From an uncultured Desulfatitalea sp. (lineage in GTDB: Bacteria > Desulfobacterota > Desulfobacteria > Desulfobacterales > Desulfosarcinaceae), in contig CAXXMB010000002.1 in assembly GCA_963668675.2 (NCBI GenBank), forward strand, positions 768,001 through 832,000: 64,000 bases of DNA, written 5' to 3'. The notes below the pieces were generated by a model that ran no database searches, was not told the origin of the DNA, and worked only from the letters and a program-made list of their open reading frames with translations. This document shows, piece after piece, positions 1-9,900 of this stretch (position 1 is its first letter; every line of letters begins with the position of its first letter). The translations under genes and the position numbers were made by a program.

Positions 1-1437
1 TGCATGTTCAAAGGGGACAAGATCTGCCGCTACCTTATCACATGGGAAATTCAGGGATCGGCCATCTGGAAGGCAGCTCGAAATATCGCACTGTTTCTGC
101 TGCTCTTGATCACCATGATCTTCGGCCTGATCGATCCCTACACCGCCTTGACGACCATCATCCCGCTGGCCGCCTCGGTCTTTCTTGTCCTGACCGTTAT
201 CGCCGGGTATCAGGAGAAGCGTGAGATCAAGTCGATCCTCTCCAACTTCCAGAGCACCTCCAACGAACTGATCGAGCAGATCGAAACCAACTACAACAAC
301 TCAAGGCTGACCAGTGAAATCGGAGAGACCATCACCAGCCAAACCAACATCGAAGGCGTTCTCTCCAAAGTGGTGCAACTGTTCCAAAAACGCCTCAACT
401 ACGACCGCGGCCTGATCATGCTGGCCAATCCCGAAGGCACCCGCCTGATCTTCAGAGCAGGCTTCGGGTACAAGGGAGACAAACTGGAACTGTTGAAAAG
501 AACCGCCTTTCACCTGGATCGAGCCGATTCAGCCGGCATGTTCGTGGCCAGTTTCAAAGAGCAAAAGCCATTCCTAGTCAATGACATCACAGAAATCGGA
601 CCGCTGCTCTCTTCCCGCAGCCAGGCCTTTGCCCGCGAAATGGGATCCCAATCCTTTATCTGCTGTCCGATTATCTGCGACGGAACGTCACTGGGAATTC
701 TGGCGGTGGACAATCTCAGGTCCAAGAAACCGCTGGTGGAGTCGGACCTGAGCCTGCTGCTGGGCATCGCCCATGTGATCGGCATCAGCGTGCGCAACGT
801 CGAACTTCTGGACGAACGCAACCGCCAGATGCAATCCATACTGCAAACCCTGGCCGCCAGTATCGATGCCCGCGATCCGCTCACGGCCGGCCACTCCGCC
901 AAAGTGACCGAATACGCGCTGGGCATCTCCAGGGAACTCGAACTGCCCAACGACTACTGCGAGGCGGTGCGGGTCGCCGCCCTGCTGCACGACTATGGGA
1001 AGATCGGCGTCCCCGATGCGATATTGAAAAAGCCCGGCCGCCTGACCCGCGAAGAGTACGAGATCGTCAAAACCCATGCTGCCAAATCGCGCCAGATCCT
1101 GGAGCAGATCAACTTCAGCGGCACCCTGACCCAGGTGCCTGAAATCGCCGGCGCCCACCACGAAAAAATAGACGGCAGCGGCTATCCGCTCGGCCTGAAG
1201 GGGGAGGAGATCCCGCTGGGCGCCCGCATCATTGCCGTTGCCGACTTCTTTGAGGCCATCACGGCCAAAAGGCACTACCGCGATCCGCTACCGCTGGAAG
1301 TCGCGCTGCATCTTCTGGAAAAAGAGCGGGGCGTCCATTTCGAGGAACGCATCGTCGACGCGTTCCGAAATTACCACCACAACACCTATATGGCCGGTCC
1401 ATCCGTTCGTCAAAGATCTTACAAGAAGGTATCGTAG
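1..1437 (+). CDS. Membrane-anchored GAF + HD-GYP domain protein (putative c-di-GMP phosphodiesterase), probably truncated at the window start
   Basis: Two hydrophobic segments, a GAF-like region, then TAGHSAKV, LLHDYGKIG, HHEKIDGSGYP and IIAVADFFEA motifs. Frame is open to the window edge. Confidence 0.9.
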   Translation, partial: CMFKGDKICRYLITWEIQGSAIWKAARNIALFLLLLITMIFGLIDPYTALTTIIPLAASVFLVLTVIAGYQEKREIKSILSNFQSTSNELIEQIETNYNNSRLTSEIGETITSQTNIEGVLSKVVQLFQKRLNYDRGLIMLANPEGTRLIFRAGFGYKGDKLELLKRTAFHLDRADSAGMFVASFKEQKPFLVNDITEIGPLLSSRSQAFAREMGSQSFICCPIICDGTSLGILAVDNLRSKKPLVESDLSLLLGIAHVIGISVRNVELLDERNRQMQSILQTLAASIDARDPLTAGHSAKVTEYALGISRELELPNDYCEAVRVAALLHDYGKIGVPDAILKKPGRLTREEYEIVKTHAAKSRQILEQINFSGTLTQVPEIAGAHHEKIDGSGYPLGLKGEEIPLGARIIAVADFFEAITAKRHYRDPLPLEVALHLLEKERGVHFEERIVDAFRNYHHNTYMAGPSVRQRSYKKVS

Positions 1438-1463
1438 ATAAATAGTCGGGCAACTCAATACTT

Positions 1464-1610
1464 TATTGAACCGGCAATTAAAAAGGCCAACCTTCGTCAC
1501 CCGGACTCGATCCGGGATCCAGACAGCACCTGTATAGCGTTGAAACTTCACTGCGTGCCCGGCTTTCGCCGGAATGACGCCTGTTGATATCTTTAGTTGC
1601 CGGGGTACAA
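1464..1610 (+). repeat. CGTC-type REP/MITE-like element, family A copy 1 (carries 23-nt insert)
   Basis: Ends AACCGGCAA..TTGCCGGG; internal CGTCAcCCGGACTcGATCCGGGATCCAG and CCGGCTTTCGCCGGAATGACG hairpins. Confidence 0.85.
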
Positions 1611-1619
1611 CCAAATATG

Positions 1620-1818
1620 GAGGCGTATCTGCCCGGTAGCAATATCCCCCTGTGCCTTGAGCGAATCATTTTACTGCTGCTTAGAGGCAGCGGAGGAAAA
1701 GCGGTCTGCACTGTTTGAGCGCAGCGAGTTTGCAGACCGCCCGGAGCGCCTCTTAGCAGCAGTTAAATGATTCAGCGTCGCACAGGGGGATATTGCTACC
1801 AGGCAGATACGCCGACGC
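1620..1818 (+). repeat. Long covarying hairpin element, family C copy 1
   Basis: GAGGCG-30 bp stem-...-CTGTTTGAGCGCAGCGAGTT loop-...-CGCCGACGC; core shared with 10194 and 40535. Confidence 0.9.
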
Positions 1819-1875
1819 ATAGCCACCCAAGTCTCTGTATGATCTGCTTTCCCGGGATAGCATTTAGTTTAAGGC

Positions 1876-4317
1876 TCAAACCGCCCCTGCTGCAACCTTG
1901 ACCGGCTCCTGGGACTTATACAGATCCCATAACTGTAGAAACGCATTCTCGAACGAACGCGCTTCCACATATTTGCGTGCCTCGATTCCCATCTTCATGC
2001 GCAGCGATTCATTGTCGACCAGCCCCCGAATCGCCGCCAACATGCTCTCCATATCATCCGCCTGGCAAACCAGCCCGGTCTTCTCCTCGATGATGTTCTC
2101 ACACGGCCCCCCCTGATCGGTAACCACCACGGGGATACCGGAAGCCTGCGCCTCGAGGACCACATTGCCGAAGGTGTCGGTGGTGCTGGGGAAGACAAAC
2201 AAATCGGCCGAAGCATAGACCGAGGCAAGGCGATCTCCACTCAAGTAGCCGGTAAAACAGCACGGCAGCCCTTTCAACTCGGCCTGCATCTCCTGCAGGT
2301 AGGGACCGTCGCCGACCACCACCATCTGCACCTTCTCTCCGTCGCCAACCATCCGCTTAAACGCCTCGCTGAGCAAGTGCAAATTTTTCTCTTTGGAGAC
2401 CCGTCCCACATAGAGCAGCTTAGAACCTTCGGGAAGCTGATATCGCTTTTTGAAAATGCCATTGCGCTTGGACGGATTGAAGCGTTCGACGTCGATGCCA
2501 CGCGGATAGAGCCGGATCTTATCGGGGTGGATCCCCTTTGAACTCAACTCCTCCTTGGTGCTCTGCGACGGGGCATAGATGACATCGAGTTGGTCGTAGA
2601 ACCAGAGGCAATATTTCCAGGCCAAATCCTCGATGGCCTCATCTCCGGTGAGAATTTGGGCGTACTGGGGGATGGCCGTATGGTAGGTGCCGCTGGTCGG
2701 CAACTTGAGAATTTTAGCAATGGCCAAGCCGGCCAACCCCACCGGCCCGGGTGTGGCCAGATGGATATGGTCGATCTGCTCGTCGTAGCAGAAAGAGAGC
2801 ATCTCCAGGAACGGCGGATAGAAGATCTTCTGCTCGGGATACTCCGGCAGCTCATACGTACCGATGGGCGTGAAATTGCACACCCCGGGATGGTCTTTCT
2901 CGCCGTCCGCAGCATGGCACGTCACCAGCTTGTAGATCTTGTGGTGCTTATGCGCGTAGTGCACCTGCTGCTGCAGGGTCTGAGCCACCCCGTTCACTTC
3001 GTAAAAGGTATCGGTGAAGTGGGCCAGCCGGAACGGCTCACGCTCACTCACGCTACCGGAAGCGTTGAACTCTTTTCGTATGCCCTCACTGAAAGTACGA
3101 TCCTTGGCGAATTGGGCATAGGCCACAAAGTATGGCGCCAGAAGCGTATAGAGGCCACCGGCCGAACCGATGGTCGAGAAGATGTTGAACAGATTGGCAC
3201 CGGAAAGATGATCCAGCAGATGGTTGCCGAAATGGAGCATCACCCCTTTGGAGGCACGATTGACAAAATCAAACCACCTCTTCTCCTGCAATACCCCATC
3301 TTTCGATTTTGCGGTGGCATCGTAGAAGTCCGGATCCTCGTTGATCAACTGCCGCGTCTCGTGGCGCAGCAGGGTCATCAACGAGTCTGAGACCGGAATC
3401 TTGGCCCGCTTCTCCTTACGGTGCTGCCAGAGAAGGTACAATCGGGACAAAATCCCCGGTTGTACATTCTCATCCACCTGCAGGTTGCGGTCTAGAAACC
3501 GCATGAGCACATCCTTGTCGGCATACTGCTCGAGATTGAATTTGCTGCGGTAGTACTGATAGGCAATGCCGTAGAGGTTGTGCCCCATGGTCAGCGGCGT
3601 GGCCGATTGGCTGATCACCTCGGTCGAAATGCCCTTCAACCGGGCGGAGAGCACTTGCGGACGATCCACCCCCTCAATACAGGTGTAGGTTCTGGCGATG
3701 TTCAAGGCGCTGTGGTCGTCGGAGCCACCCCACAACTGCTTCTCCCATGGCTGGGGGCAGAGGGGAACCTGGTCGTGGGTGTTGGCCAACCGCTCGATGA
3801 ATTCAGGCGTCAGGTTGCCGATAACCTCCCGGATCGTTTGATTCTCACGTGGATTGCGGGCGCCGTTGAGTTCGAAATTCTGAAACAGCAGGAGCATCTT
3901 TTCGAAATGGCCTCTGGTCAGCCGGTCGTTGATGGCATACATCGGATGCGCGACGATCGAGAGAATCTGCTCCTGCCAGAGGAAACGGGCCAGGTCAAAA
4001 ATATTCTCGCGGATCTTCTGGATCTCTTGATGTTGGGCCTCGGTGATGTTCAAGGCAAGCACATGCACCTTGCAGTGGTTGTCCGGGAAGTAGGTCGTGA
4101 TCTCTTCGCTGATGAACGTATCGGCCAGATGGGCGATCTCCAGGGCACCGTCGATGGTATTGTGATCGCTGATCGTCACATGGGTCATGCCGAGGCTCTT
4201 GGCGATCTGGTAGAGCCGCAGCGGTTCGGTAAAACTCTCGGGGCATCCCAGTTTCTTCAGAATCCATTGACTCGGTCTTTTGGAGAACTTGGAGTGTACG
4301 TGTACATCAATGCGCAT
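1876..4317 (-). CDS. PHP metallophosphoesterase / GT4 glycosyltransferase fusion (Agt/SqdX-like GT half)
   Basis: N-terminus DVHVHS, ISDHNT, EEIT, AHP, GGSDDHS; C-terminus FTDTFYEVNGVAQTL, HLATPGPVG, YVGRVSKEKN, FPSTTDTFGNVVLEAQASG. Confidence 0.9.
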   Translation of the reverse strand: MRIDVHVHSKFSKRPSQWILKKLGCPESFTEPLRLYQIAKSLGMTHVTISDHNTIDGALEIAHLADTFISEEITTYFPDNHCKVHVLALNITEAQHQEIQKIRENIFDLARFLWQEQILSIVAHPMYAINDRLTRGHFEKMLLLFQNFELNGARNPRENQTIREVIGNLTPEFIERLANTHDQVPLCPQPWEKQLWGGSDDHSALNIARTYTCIEGVDRPQVLSARLKGISTEVISQSATPLTMGHNLYGIAYQYYRSKFNLEQYADKDVLMRFLDRNLQVDENVQPGILSRLYLLWQHRKEKRAKIPVSDSLMTLLRHETRQLINEDPDFYDATAKSKDGVLQEKRWFDFVNRASKGVMLHFGNHLLDHLSGANLFNIFSTIGSAGGLYTLLAPYFVAYAQFAKDRTFSEGIRKEFNASGSVSEREPFRLAHFTDTFYEVNGVAQTLQQQVHYAHKHHKIYKLVTCHAADGEKDHPGVCNFTPIGTYELPEYPEQKIFYPPFLEMLSFCYDEQIDHIHLATPGPVGLAGLAIAKILKLPTSGTYHTAIPQYAQILTGDEAIEDLAWKYCLWFYDQLDVIYAPSQSTKEELSSKGIHPDKIRLYPRGIDVERFNPSKRNGIFKKRYQLPEGSKLLYVGRVSKEKNLHLLSEAFKRMVGDGEKVQMVVVGDGPYLQEMQAELKGLPCCFTGYLSGDRLASVYASADLFVFPSTTDTFGNVVLEAQASGIPVVVTDQGGPCENIIEEKTGLVCQADDMESMLAAIRGLVDNESLRMKMGIEARKYVEARSFENAFLQLWDLYKSQEPVKVAAGAV

Positions 4318-4409
4318 AATTTTTCTCCTCTTACGGTCCGTATTGGACTATTTTTAAGGGCTGGACGGTTAAAGCAGGATTAGCGCATTGATAGAATTTG
4401 ATGTGGGTC

Positions 4410-5705
4410 TCAATTTCGAAAGCGTTTCAGGCGGTCCACATCCATGGGTTGTCGGCCATCGAACATCCCGCAGGCAAAATAGTAGCGCAGATCGCCGGCC
4501 CAGAAGCGCGCATACGCTCTGTCCGCGGCCATCTTGCGCATCAACTTGATTGGCGTGCGCAACCCCATCAAAAGCGGAGCGCAAAGCTCGGATGGATCGC
4601 GAAAGCACTCCCAATCACATCGCTGGCAGTCGCCATCGGGCGCGATGGCGTCGATATCCAACTCCCAGAACCGGCCGAGGTTTTCATTGCCGCGATATCC
4701 ACACGGATAGGTGTTGCCGTCCTGGGCATCGACGAAGAAAAAGTCGATCCCGCCGCGACAACCAAAAGCGGGCACCGAACCGTTGGCGCCCGCATGGGTT
4801 CGATGGAGCATGTAAAGCGAACTGAGCGGAGAGAAGATGCGCATGCGATGACGGTGACGGGGGATCGTATCGAGAAGCGCCTTGTAGAGCATAGCCTTCT
4901 CGTCGGCAGCGAAGCGGACGATATCTTCAGTCGTGGTGGCAGCGTAAACCGCGCTGAGGCCCGTCTCCTGTTCGCAGGCACTGATACTCATGGGGTAGCA
5001 GGTGTTGACCGTGGAAAATCCCAACTCCCTGGCAAAACAGTAGAACCGGTCCAGCGCAGATACGTAGGCGTGATAAAAGGCGTTGAGATAGTCGGCGCGG
5101 CGCGCATAAGACCCGGCGCGCAGATCGGCTGTCTGGGCGCCGCCCACCTGGCGATTGAGCCCCAGATTGGCCGAGGGATAGATCCCGTGGGCATGAAAGA
5201 TCGGCAAGGCCTTTTCGATACCGGCCACCACACCCGGCAACCCTCTCATCCGCTCATGGATTTCGGGCGATGCCGAATCGATGCTGATCCAGAAGTTGCG
5301 CAAGGGGGTCTCGGCCAGCCGCTGTGCCAACCGTTCGATCCTGCGCTTGAAACCTGGCCGGTCGGCACCGCAAAAGATAAAACCGTTGGTCCCGGTTCGA
5401 ATATAAGGAATGCCCTTCTGCCCGGCATACGATATCCATTCCACCAATTGATCGAGCAACAGCAGCGGCTCGCCTCCGGTAAACGAGACCGCCTGCACGC
5501 CGCGGGCCTGACACCCGTCCAGGATGCGATAGATGGCATCGCCGGACAGTGTGAATCGGGGGATATCCGCTGTGCGCCGCATACCACACTGGGGACAGGT
5601 GGCGTTGCAGCGATTGGTGGTCTGTATCACCAGTTGGGGAGGGATGCGATTACGGGCAAATTGACCGATCCGCCTGGCCGTCGCCCCCAAGAAATTGTGT
5701 TTCAT
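4410..5705 (-). CDS. Radical SAM protein with C-terminal SPASM/twitch-like Cys region
   Basis: CNATCPQC motif, FTGGEP, TNG; C-terminal GCRGG..YPC..CQRCDWEC. Confidence 0.92.
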   Translation of the reverse strand: MKHNFLGATARRIGQFARNRIPPQLVIQTTNRCNATCPQCGMRRTADIPRFTLSGDAIYRILDGCQARGVQAVSFTGGEPLLLLDQLVEWISYAGQKGIPYIRTGTNGFIFCGADRPGFKRRIERLAQRLAETPLRNFWISIDSASPEIHERMRGLPGVVAGIEKALPIFHAHGIYPSANLGLNRQVGGAQTADLRAGSYARRADYLNAFYHAYVSALDRFYCFARELGFSTVNTCYPMSISACEQETGLSAVYAATTTEDIVRFAADEKAMLYKALLDTIPRHRHRMRIFSPLSSLYMLHRTHAGANGSVPAFGCRGGIDFFFVDAQDGNTYPCGYRGNENLGRFWELDIDAIAPDGDCQRCDWECFRDPSELCAPLLMGLRTPIKLMRKMAADRAYARFWAGDLRYYFACGMFDGRQPMDVDRLKRFRN

Positions 5706-5736
5706 CTACCAGGCCTCTGTTAGAGGTGAAAATTCA

Positions 5737-5888
5737 ATTATTAAACCGGCAATTAAATAGGCCAACCCTTGTCATCCCGGACTTGATCCGGGATCCAGGA
5801 ACGGTCTGGATAGCGCCAAGGCTTCACTGCGTGCCCGGCCTGCGCCGGAATGACGATTGCTAAGGTAGTTAATTGCCGGGTTAATAAT
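5737..5888 (+). repeat. Family A REP/MITE-like element copy 2 (with insert)
   Basis: 20-bp terminal inverted repeats ATTATTAAACCGGCAATTAA / TTAATTGCCGGGTTAATAAT around two GTCAT hairpins. Confidence 0.9.
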
Positions 5889-5920
5889 AGCAACGATTTT
5901 AGGCATTCATGGGCCCTCAA

Positions 5921-5990
5921 CGTTAGGGCCCGATGAGGAGAAGGTTTGCATTATGTTAGAAAGCCCTGGGCTGCTAACACATTTCTAACA
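5921..5990. promoter_or_regulatory. 11-bp-phased direct-repeat boxes (OmpR/PhoB-like) in a divergent promoter region
   Basis: CGTTAG 5921, GATGAG 5932, GGTTTG 5943, TGTTAG 5954; opposite-facing CTAACA at 5974 and 5985. Confidence 0.5.
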
Positions 5991-6116
5991 TTCGTCTGGT
6001 ACTCACCCCATAACCTGATGAGAAACACGAAAGCAGCATCAAATCAGGAAGTTCAACCTATCCACATTGGACAGACATGCGTGGGACACATCAATTCGAT
6101 TGGGGGGAGATTCGCT

Positions 6117-6383
6117 ATGTTGTCGTCATCATTAAGCATCTCTGAGTTTTTTAAAAAAGCTGAGGGCCACTCTTACCTGGAGATCATCCAGATGGCCGAC
6201 GAAGAGGCCACTGCAGTCGAGCGTCTCTACTACAAATCGTGCCGCGATGAGGAGTGCGTCAAAATCGTCCAATATATCGGATGCCTCAAGGATTTCATCC
6301 TGTACATGCGCCACGGCATTCGAACCAGAATCACACGCGATCTCAATCTAAGACCCTTCAAAGAGGTTCGCCTGGAACAGTAG
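6117..6383 (+). CDS. Small hypothetical protein (88 aa)
   Basis: ATG at 6117 preceded by GGGGGAGA ribosome-binding site; protein-like composition. Confidence 0.65.
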   Translation: MLSSSLSISEFFKKAEGHSYLEIIQMADEEATAVERLYYKSCRDEECVKIVQYIGCLKDFILYMRHGIRTRITRDLNLRPFKEVRLEQ

Positions 6384-6470
6384 CGAAAACCCAAAAAACT
6401 CCCCTTCGGGCCATAGAAGCCGGAGGCTTGAGCACACCTGTCGCCGCTTTCCTTTTTCACTTATTCAATC

Positions 6471-6629
6471 TCGATGCGCTCGTAAAAAGTCACAAAAGTG
6501 CTTTTCCCGTCATTGAGGCGAAAGCCGGGCACGCAGTGAAGCCTTGGCGCTATCCAGTCTTTTCAATGGTTTCTGGATGCCGGATCACGTCCGGCATGAC
6601 GTGTGAGCGACGAAAAACGAGTTCATCAA
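6471..6629 (-). repeat. Family B REP/MITE-like element copy 1 (with 23-nt insert)
   Basis: Ends TCGATGCGCTCGTAAAAAGT..ACGAGTTCATCAA; internal CGTCATTGAGGCGAAAGCCGG and GCCGGATCACGTCCGGCATGACG. Confidence 0.85.
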
Positions 6630-6767
6630 TCTTGTTATCTTAAAGAGTTTGTGCTGCCGCTTGCGTTGATAAGATTGACATCACACTCAGAACTCCCACT
6701 CAAAATCGAAATTAGGTTTGTTAATGATCAAACTCAAGAGCGCTCCATTGATCCGGCCGATGGCCCG

Positions 6768-6806
6768 TGTTAGATTTCTGTGAGCTTATGATTAAGATAC
6801 GGTTAA
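6768..6806 (+). promoter_or_regulatory. 11-bp-phased boxes upstream of the GH57-like gene
   Basis: TGTTAG 6768, TGTGAG 6779, GATTAA 6790, GGTTAA 6801. Confidence 0.45.
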
Positions 6807-6920
6807 CAACACGCCGCACCGGCAAAGAGACGAACAGGCAGCCCGAACCATCGTACGCCTGTCTGGTGAGTCCGCCGACAGCTCTATCCGGCTCATGGAA
6901 AAAGAACCAAGGGAAGGGCC

Positions 6921-9900
6921 ATGCCGTTCAAACGGATGCGAACGTATCACACAATCGCGATAAGCCTCGTGCTGATCGGGATCGGTTTGCCCATCCTGCT
7001 GGCAATGGCCGGCACCACCCAACATTCGCCGCCCAGCGCCCATGAGGTCCATATCGCCTTCGGGTTTCACGTCAATCTCTACCACTCCTTTCGAAACGAC
7101 ACCAACGATGAAGACGGATTCGGAAAAGACATCCGCATCATCCGCCACATCATCCGGACCCTGGACCACTACAACGCCATAGGCATCCCCGTAAAGGGGG
7201 TGTGGGACTTCGACAACCTCTTCTCTCTCCAGGAGATCTTGCCGCAGTACGCACCGGACATCATATCGGATATCCGCAGACGCGTGCAGTCCAACGGCGA
7301 TGAAGTGATTCTGATGTCCTACAACAACGGACTGATCTCCGCCATGACCGAACAGGAGGTGGACGATGCCGTCCGCTGGGCCATCTCCAACCCCTGGCAG
7401 AGCGGGGTACAGGATCTCTTCGGTACCTACACCCCCATCGTCCGCCCCCAGGAGATGATGACCACGCCGGGTAACTTCTCCATCTACCGCAAGCACGGCA
7501 TCCAGGCCGTGGCACTCTACTACAGCGCGACCCCCTTCGACACCTTCAGGGTCTTCTCCCGCCAGCTCACCCGCGCCGAAGCGCACAACCCCATCCGGTA
7601 TCGCCATCCGCAAACCAAAGAGGAGATGGTGATCATCCCGACCTATCACATCGGAGACCTGGTCGAACATGTCAGTTTGAAAAACTGGGTTGGGGAACTG
7701 CGCAGGCTGCAATCCAGCGCTGAACTCGATGGCGACGCACTGATCTTCATCAACTACGACGCCGATTCCGAGCTGTGGAGCGGCATCGAGATGCCCTGGC
7801 CCCTGAAGTGGCTTCCCAACACGGAAGGGCTGGCCGGATTGATCGAAGAGGTCGCCGGGCTGCCCCGGGTGCGCTTCACAACCCCGGGGGACTACCTCAA
7901 GGATCATCCGCCGGTCGGCACCATTTACTTCAGCCAGGACACCGCCGATGGAAGCTATAACGGATACAACTCCTGGGCGGAAAAGGCCGACGCCTCCCAA
8001 TATTGGACCGAAATCGAACGCAGCCGCCGGGTACACTCGACGGCCCTTAAAATGATGCCGCTTATAGAGGATCCGAATACCCGCGAAGAGATCGAACATC
8101 TGATCGCCATAGCCGATATGAAACGATTCAGGGCGCTCTCAACCACCAACTTCGGCATGGCAACCCCCTTTCTGGCCCGCCAACGCCAACAGGTGATGGC
8201 CGGCCTGATGGACGATCTCAACCGATTCTCGGACCGCATGGCACAGCTCGTCTCCTCTCACGTGAGCCGGTCTCTCATGCAACAATCACCATCCGGAGCC
8301 GGAGACCTATTAACAAATTGGGTAAAATCCAGATTGGGGAATAGAGGCTTGGTTTGGCACGACACATTGTATGTGGTGCAATCCAATCCCGAAGCAGCGC
8401 AAACCGGCAATCGCTTTCTAAGCATCCCGCTGCCCGACAGCCTTGAAAAGGATACTCAAATTGCGCTGGTCACACCGAACGGAGAGGTGCTGCCAACCAT
8501 CCATATGGGAGTCAACCCCGGTCTCACCGGCTCGCATCGCCACACTTTCTATATAGACACCCAAGAGGGGATCACCGATGGCATCTACCACCTCTGCTCA
8601 TATCGGCGCGCCGGCGTTCCAAAACGGTTGGCTGATATGGAGATGCGTGCAGACGCGGCCCAACTCTCCAATCAAAGAGTTACCGTACGCTTTTCACCCG
8701 ACGGAGTAATTGAAGGGATCTACCTCGATAATACCCGGCAAGCAGACAGGGGCAGTCTGATCCCCTACCTGAAGTATGCACAAAAAACCCTGCCCGCAGA
8801 AGCAGCGCTGCAGCAACGCACAGTCTCCCGGGACGGTCTTTCGGCATCGGTCACTTTAGCCGGCACCCTGCCCGCTCCGGCATCCAATGCCCACAAGGCC
8901 GGATGGATGGATTACCGCCTGACCCTGGTATCCGATCTCCCCTATTTGCTGGTGGAGGGGCGCGTCGACTACCCAACCACCGAACGCAGCGACCTCCTGA
9001 AGAATGGGGCCCCCGGCCTCATGCGCAGGGCCGATATGCAATGGCAGGAGGTGGCTCCGGCAGAGATCAGATTCACACCGCGATCCACACGGGACAATCC
9101 GATCAGAATTCTCAAACGGAACTACCTCGATATCGAAAGCGAATACCGACTCGACTACTTCAGGCACGACAGGCAAAATCTCGAACTGGACAACATCAAC
9201 AACCACATCACCTCATCGTACGTGGGGCTCGTATCCGGCGGACACGGCATGGCCGTTGCCCAAAACAGTCGCATCCAGTCCAACTTCGCATTTGCTCCGC
9301 TAAAAATGCACTATCATACACAGGCTGACAACTTCTCGGTCAGCATCAATCCGTTCGGAACCTACCACGGCCGCCAATACCAACCCCAGACGTGGGGCAA
9401 CCGGCAAGGCTACGAAGCGACCCTGCTGGCCGGCGAACAGTTCGCCAGCGCAGGTCCAACCTACAACGGCAAGACCCGAAAGTTTGCCCTCCTGTTCGCA
9501 TTTTTCAAAGGGCAGCAGATTCCCGAACGCATCAAGCAGGACCTGATCGGTTATGCCCATATGCCGACCGTAATCTCATCCTTCGACCATACACACTACA
9601 GCCCACCGCCACGCCCCCTTCACGCACCCCAAGGGCTCGTAGCGACCTATAGCAAAGGAAAAATACGCTTCAACTGGGACCCCGACGACCAGCCGGACAC
9701 CCACTACCGCATCCACTGCGGCACCCGACCCAGTCACTATGAACAGATCTATCCGGCCATCGGCAGCACGGTAACCGTAGAACAATTCAGCTCCGGCGAG
9801 CCATTTGTCGAAGGGAAAACCTACTACGCCTATATCCAGGCAGTGGAAGGAAACGGAATTCAATCGCCCCCCTCTTCCGAAATCCGGTTCACTCCCGGTT

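Noticed and set aside
4398..5723. Long antisense ORFs (also 6792-8099, 13754-14869, 34437-35921, 40798-42195, 43899-45146)
   Set aside because: They fully overlap motif-bearing genes on the opposite strand and have no recognisable motifs.
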